From Candidatus Bathyarchaeia archaeon (lineage in GTDB: Archaea > Thermoproteota > Bathyarchaeia > Bathyarchaeales > Bathycorpusculaceae): 64,000 nucleotides of DNA. The notes beneath the pieces are model-generated. The model was given only the letters and a program-made list of their open reading frames with translations. It was not told the origin of the DNA and did no database searches. The stretch is from positions 179,378-243,377 of the forward strand of contig JBBFKZ010000001.1 of the NCBI GenBank assembly GCA_037481775.1, written 5' to 3'. This document shows, in pieces, positions 60,277 to 64,000 of the stretch (its first letter is position 1; each line of letters opens with the position of its first letter). Position numbers and translations under genes: made by a program.

Positions 60277-60444
60277 TCCAACAACTGCGCTTTCGTCTAT
60301 TTCAGAAGTTTAGGATATGCTCTGATTTTTCGATCTCTAACAACGGAATCAAAAAATCTTTAGAAGAACATATTTCCTTATGATTAAATAAACTAATACG
60401 TGGCAACCGACAAAAATAATCACTGTATACATGAGGCTTAAAAT

Positions 60445-60903
60445 TTGGCGAACGCAAATGCTGTAGATCTTGAGGGTACAACATTAAGCGTTTACCTTTA
60501 CACTGTTAGGAAAGGCAAGCCAGTGGGTCCGCGCGACGTCATGAAAGGCGTACAACTTAGCAGTCCCAGCGTGGCTTACAGGCACCTGCAGAAGCTCGAA
60601 GATATGGGCTATTTACAGAAAAATCAGTACGGCGAATACATAGTAAAGAGTAAAGCCGCTGTGAAAGGGTATATCTGGATTGGGCGGCGAATAATGCCGA
60701 AAATGCTGTTTTACGCCGTTGTTTTCATGTGTATTCTAATTACTGAAATTGTTGTTCTCGCTTTGCATTATCCAGTAGAAAATTACGTGTTCAAAATTTT
60801 CTTTCTATTGTTAATATTGATAACAGGCTCTGCTATGTGCGTATTTGCAACTGAGTGGTTAATGCAGCGCAAGCACACTAAGCGAAGCATCCAAATAGAA
60901 TAA
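60445..60903 (+). CDS. Membrane-anchored winged-helix transcriptional regulator (wHTH plus 2 TM)
   Basis: GTTLSVY...GPRDV...LSSPSVAYRHLQKLEDMG wHTH followed by two hydrophobic helices. Confidence 0.85.
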   Translation: MANANAVDLEGTTLSVYLYTVRKGKPVGPRDVMKGVQLSSPSVAYRHLQKLEDMGYLQKNQYGEYIVKSKAAVKGYIWIGRRIMPKMLFYAVVFMCILITEIVVLALHYPVENYVFKIFFLLLILITGSAMCVFATEWLMQRKHTKRSIQIE

Positions 60904-61017
60904 TCCCCTAAGCAATTTTCCGAGGATGTTCAAGTGGCGCTATTCAAAAAGGAAGGTTTAAATAAATTACACCTTACTTTCGTAGTTAGCTCAAGTTTGA
61001 ACGGTTGAAAAAGTAGA

Positions 61018-61494
61018 ATGTCACAAGAATATCGCCATATACTGCGTATATTGGGTAAAGATGTGCAAGGCACCTTAAAGACTGTATATGCTCTAACACA
61101 AATCAAGGGTATAAGCCTGCGTTTATCAAACGCTATACTGAAAAAGGCAGGAGTAAACCCTGATTTGAGGGTAGGTTACCTCACAGAAACAGAAATTGAT
61201 AAAATAGAAGATATAATCAAAGAACCGGCAAAATATGGATTGCCAAACTGGCTTTTTAATAGAAGAAAAGAAACGGAAACAGGGAAAGATGTTCACCTAA
61301 TAGGCGCTGATTTAGTTCTCAGGACAAAAATGGATATTGATCAAGCGAAAGAAATCAAATCTTGGCGCGGCTACCGCCACGCTTACGGCTTAAAAGTACG
61401 CGGGCAGAGAACAAAAACTACTGGAAGAGCAGGAAAAGCTTTAGGCGTCAAGAAGAAGGCAATTATGCAGAAGCCTGGAGGAGCATCAGCCTAG
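61018..61494 (+). CDS. rps13: 30S ribosomal protein S13
   Basis: PNWLFNRRK and RHAYGLKVRGQRTKTTGR motifs. Confidence 0.98.
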   Translation: MSQEYRHILRILGKDVQGTLKTVYALTQIKGISLRLSNAILKKAGVNPDLRVGYLTETEIDKIEDIIKEPAKYGLPNWLFNRRKETETGKDVHLIGADLVLRTKMDIDQAKEIKSWRGYRHAYGLKVRGQRTKTTGRAGKALGVKKKAIMQKPGGASA

Positions 61495-61508
61495 TCGGGT
61501 GAAGATTA

Positions 61509-62087
61509 ATGGGTGATCCAAAGAAGCAACGCAAAAAGTATGATACTCCGCGTTTTCCTTGGCGCAAAGACATACTGCAGGAAGAGCTTAAGCTGTTAGG
61601 GCAGTATGGCTTGAGGAATAAGCATGAATTGTGGCGCCACAAAACCTTTCTCTCAAAAACCCGCGGCATAGCTAGATCGCTTATAGGAAAGACGCCTGAA
61701 GAACGCGCAAAAATGGAAAATGAACTTCTTGTGCGCTTGAAAAAACTCGGTGTTCTTCCAGAGACCGCAGTGCTTGACAATGTGTTGGACTTAAACATCG
61801 AAGATATTCTTGAACGTAGGCTTCAAACAATAGTTTTCAGAAAGAATTTGTCAAAGACAATCTATCAAGCTCGGCAGTTGATAACTCACGGTCACATAAT
61901 TATCGGAAATCGTAGAGTAACGGTGCCAAGCTACTTGGTGTCAAAAGAAGAAGAAGCGCAAATTGGATATGCTCCGCAAAGTGCATTGGCGAACCATGCT
62001 CATCCGTTGCGTCAGGCAATGGCAACTGTTGCCAAGCCGCTAGAAATAGAACAACCTAAAGAAAGAAACGTGCGAAGGAGGAAATAA
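61509..62087 (+). CDS. rps4: 30S ribosomal protein S4
   Basis: MGDPK, YGLRNKHELW, LERRLQT and ARQLITHGH motifs. Confidence 0.98.
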   Translation: MGDPKKQRKKYDTPRFPWRKDILQEELKLLGQYGLRNKHELWRHKTFLSKTRGIARSLIGKTPEERAKMENELLVRLKKLGVLPETAVLDNVLDLNIEDILERRLQTIVFRKNLSKTIYQARQLITHGHIIIGNRRVTVPSYLVSKEEEAQIGYAPQSALANHAHPLRQAMATVAKPLEIEQPKERNVRRRK

Positions 62088-62090
62088 ATT

Positions 62091-62492
62091 TTGAGCAGTA
62101 GCAAACGAAATGAAAAATGGGGTATTGTTCACATCTATAGCTCATACAACAACACTATGATTCACATAACTGACATTTCAGGTGCAGAAACAATTGCGCG
62201 TACAAGCGGCGGAATGTTCGTTAAAGCCGACCGCATGGAGTCTTCGCCCTACGCGGCTATGCGCGCCGCCACGGCAGCGGCAGAAATAGCCCGCGACAAG
62301 GGAATAACGGCTATCCACATCAAAGTCCGAGCTCCAGGCGGCTCAGGGCCGCGGACACCTGGGCCGGGTGCTCAAGCTGCTATACGAGCGCTTGCAAGGT
62401 TTGGCTTTCGCATAGAACGTATTGAAGAGGTTACGCCTATTCCTCATGATGGCACAAGAAGGCCGGGCGGTCGAAGAGGAAGACGCGTATAA
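62091..62492 (+). CDS. rps11: 30S ribosomal protein S11
   Basis: SSPYAA, PGPGAQ and TPIPHDG..RRGRRV motifs. Confidence 0.98.
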   Translation: MSSSKRNEKWGIVHIYSSYNNTMIHITDISGAETIARTSGGMFVKADRMESSPYAAMRAATAAAEIARDKGITAIHIKVRAPGGSGPRTPGPGAQAAIRALARFGFRIERIEEVTPIPHDGTRRPGGRRGRRV

Positions 62493-62597
62493 CTCTTCAC
62501 TTTACACTTTATTAACAGAAAAATTGAAATAATGCACTGTTACTTTTATTGAACCGCACAGTCATTATTCATAACTATTATGGAGTGGCAACATCAA

Positions 62598-63413
62598 GTG
62601 GAAATAAAGATACTCAACAAGAATGCAACAAGTATGGGTATAATAATACGAGACGCGGATGTTGCATTAGTGAATGCGTTGCGGCGAATAGCGCTTGCTG
62701 AAGTGCCAAGCATGGCCATAGATGAAGTTGTTATAATTGATAATTCATCTATTTTACAAGATGAGATAATAGCTCATAGGTTAGGTCTGACTCCGCTAAA
62801 AACCGACTTGGACAGCTATAATCTTCCTGAGGATTGTGAGTGTAAAAGCGAGTTTGGCTGTAATCTCTGTCGTGTAACTTTCACGTTGGACGCGGAAGCA
62901 AATGAAGGAACACGCACAGTTTATTCAGGTGAATTAGTTTCAGAAAATCCTGAAATAGTTCCAGTTTCCGATAAAATTCCCATTATAAAGTTAGCTAAAG
63001 GACAAAAACTAAAGCTTGAGGCATATGCCAGACTTGGCAAAGGGAAGAACCATGCTAAATGGCAGCCAGTCTCTACGTGTGCTTACAAGTATTTCCCAAA
63101 AATTGAAGTGGCAAATGAAAAATGTGATGGCTGCGCGAGATGTGTGGCGATATGTCCCAAAAAGGTATTGGCCATTAAGGAGAATAAGTTGGTAGTGCGT
63201 GATCTTTTAGCATGCAATCTATGCATGGACTGCGTTGAAGCTTGCCCACAGAAGCCACCAGCTATAAAGGTGACATGGGAGAAAAATGCCTTCGTAATGA
63301 GCATAGAATCCACAGGCGCACTTCCTCCAGAAAGAATTATTCAGGAAGCAGCTAAAATATTGGATAAACAATTAAAGGAATTCGAAGAACAAGTGAAGGT
63401 TGAAGTAAAGTGA
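62598..63413 (+). CDS. rpoD: DNA-directed RNA polymerase subunit D (Rpo3) with ferredoxin-like domain
   Basis: NALRR, AHRLGL and HAKWQP motifs; two CxxCxxCxxxCP motifs. GTG start inferred. Confidence 0.97.
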   Translation: MEIKILNKNATSMGIIIRDADVALVNALRRIALAEVPSMAIDEVVIIDNSSILQDEIIAHRLGLTPLKTDLDSYNLPEDCECKSEFGCNLCRVTFTLDAEANEGTRTVYSGELVSENPEIVPVSDKIPIIKLAKGQKLKLEAYARLGKGKNHAKWQPVSTCAYKYFPKIEVANEKCDGCARCVAICPKKVLAIKENKLVVRDLLACNLCMDCVEACPQKPPAIKVTWEKNAFVMSIESTGALPPERIIQEAAKILDKQLKEFEEQVKVEVK

Positions 63414-63772
63414 ATAGAACCAAATCTACAAATCCTGAACTCGTCCAGCTTATTAATTTTCTAAGAAAGCAGGGCAGAGAAAAAAACGCGGCTATTTGGC
63501 TGGACGTAGCGAGATATCTATCTAAGGTGAGACGGCAAAGTGTCGCTGTAAACTTGAGTCGAATAAATAGATATACACAAAAAAGCGATGTAGTAGTCGT
63601 GCCGGGAAAAATCTTAGGCGCAGGCTCACTGGATCATTCGATAACAGTGGCTGCCTTCGATGCTTCTGAAAGAGCAAAGGAAAAAATAGCCGCGGCAAAA
63701 GCAAAATACTTATCTATTCCCGAGCTTGTGGAAACAAACCCCAAAGGTTCAAACATTAAAATAATCCGGTGA
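63410..63772 (+). CDS. rpl18e: 50S ribosomal protein L18e
   Basis: TNP, VNLSRI, VVPGKILG and NPKGS motifs. Confidence 0.97.
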   Translation: MNRTKSTNPELVQLINFLRKQGREKNAAIWLDVARYLSKVRRQSVAVNLSRINRYTQKSDVVVVPGKILGAGSLDHSITVAAFDASERAKEKIAAAKAKYLSIPELVETNPKGSNIKIIR

Positions 63773-63776
63773 AAAA

Positions 63777-64000
63777 ATGCAGACCACTAAACCTCAAGTT
63801 ACCATAGTGAATGCGGATGGGCTTATCCTTGGTAGAATGGCTAGCGAGATCGCTAAAAAACTGCTGAACGGCGAAAAAGTAATTGTTGTTAATGCTGAGA
63901 AAGCTGTACTGTCGGGGAAAAGGAAAAGTAAGGTGGCGGAAGCTAAAGAGTTTCTTGAAGTTGGTTCGCCTGGTCGAGGGCCTTTTCATTATAGACAACC
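63777..64000 (+). CDS. rpl13: 50S ribosomal protein L13, 3'-truncated by the window edge
   Basis: Manual translation MQTTKPQVTIVNADGLILGRMASEIAKKLLNGEKVIVVNAEKAVLSG...RGPFHYR; expected operon position. Confidence 0.95.
   Translation, partial: MQTTKPQVTIVNADGLILGRMASEIAKKLLNGEKVIVVNAEKAVLSGKRKSKVAEAKEFLEVGSPGRGPFHYRQ

Noticed and set aside
3359-63998. Numerous 60-150 aa antisense or alternate-frame ORFs in the track
   Set aside because: They are shadows of well-supported genes with no motifs of their own (for example 6046-6510, 8605-9030, 42196-42483, 43748-44035, 63756-63998).
1-64000. CRISPR array, rRNA, transposase or integrase
   Set aside because: No regularly spaced repeats, rRNA-like tracts, or DDE/tyrosine-recombinase ORFs were recognised by eye.

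Overview
Archaeal chromosomal segment, most consistent with Bathyarchaeia (TACK). This is inferred from a crenarchaeal-type PolB1, a TackOD1 protein, H4MPT enzymes (Fae-Hps, Ftr) and archaeal ThrRS, TFE and RpoD. Most of the window is housekeeping: replication and repair, translation, amino-acid and C1 metabolism, tRNA-Val(TAC), tRNA-Cys(GCA) and the start of the S13-S4-S11-RpoD-L18e-L13 operon. There are two nucleotide-sugar/glycosylation clusters (11.6-16.5 kb and 30.9-42.3 kb). The second contains an AT-rich insert with a stop-interrupted GT2 and a decayed PIN/VapC gene. An accessory block at 52-61 kb holds a PAS histidine kinase, a T4 endonuclease V-like glycosylase, surface proteins, a radical SAM/SPASM enzyme and a wHTH-TM regulator. 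The strongest leads are four. (1) A shared 46-bp promoter element (GAACA-N3-TGTTC plus a half-site 21 bp away) lies upstream of two surface-protein genes, next to a membrane-anchored wHTH regulator. (2) An HTH domain is fused to Fae-Hps, whose promoter carries palindromes and TGTCG repeats. (3) A degenerate full-length and a truncated catalytic UDP-sugar dehydrogenase co-occur. (4) hflX may use a non-canonical start. No CRISPR array, transposase, integrase or rRNA was seen. All calls come from motif recognition only; no database searches were run.
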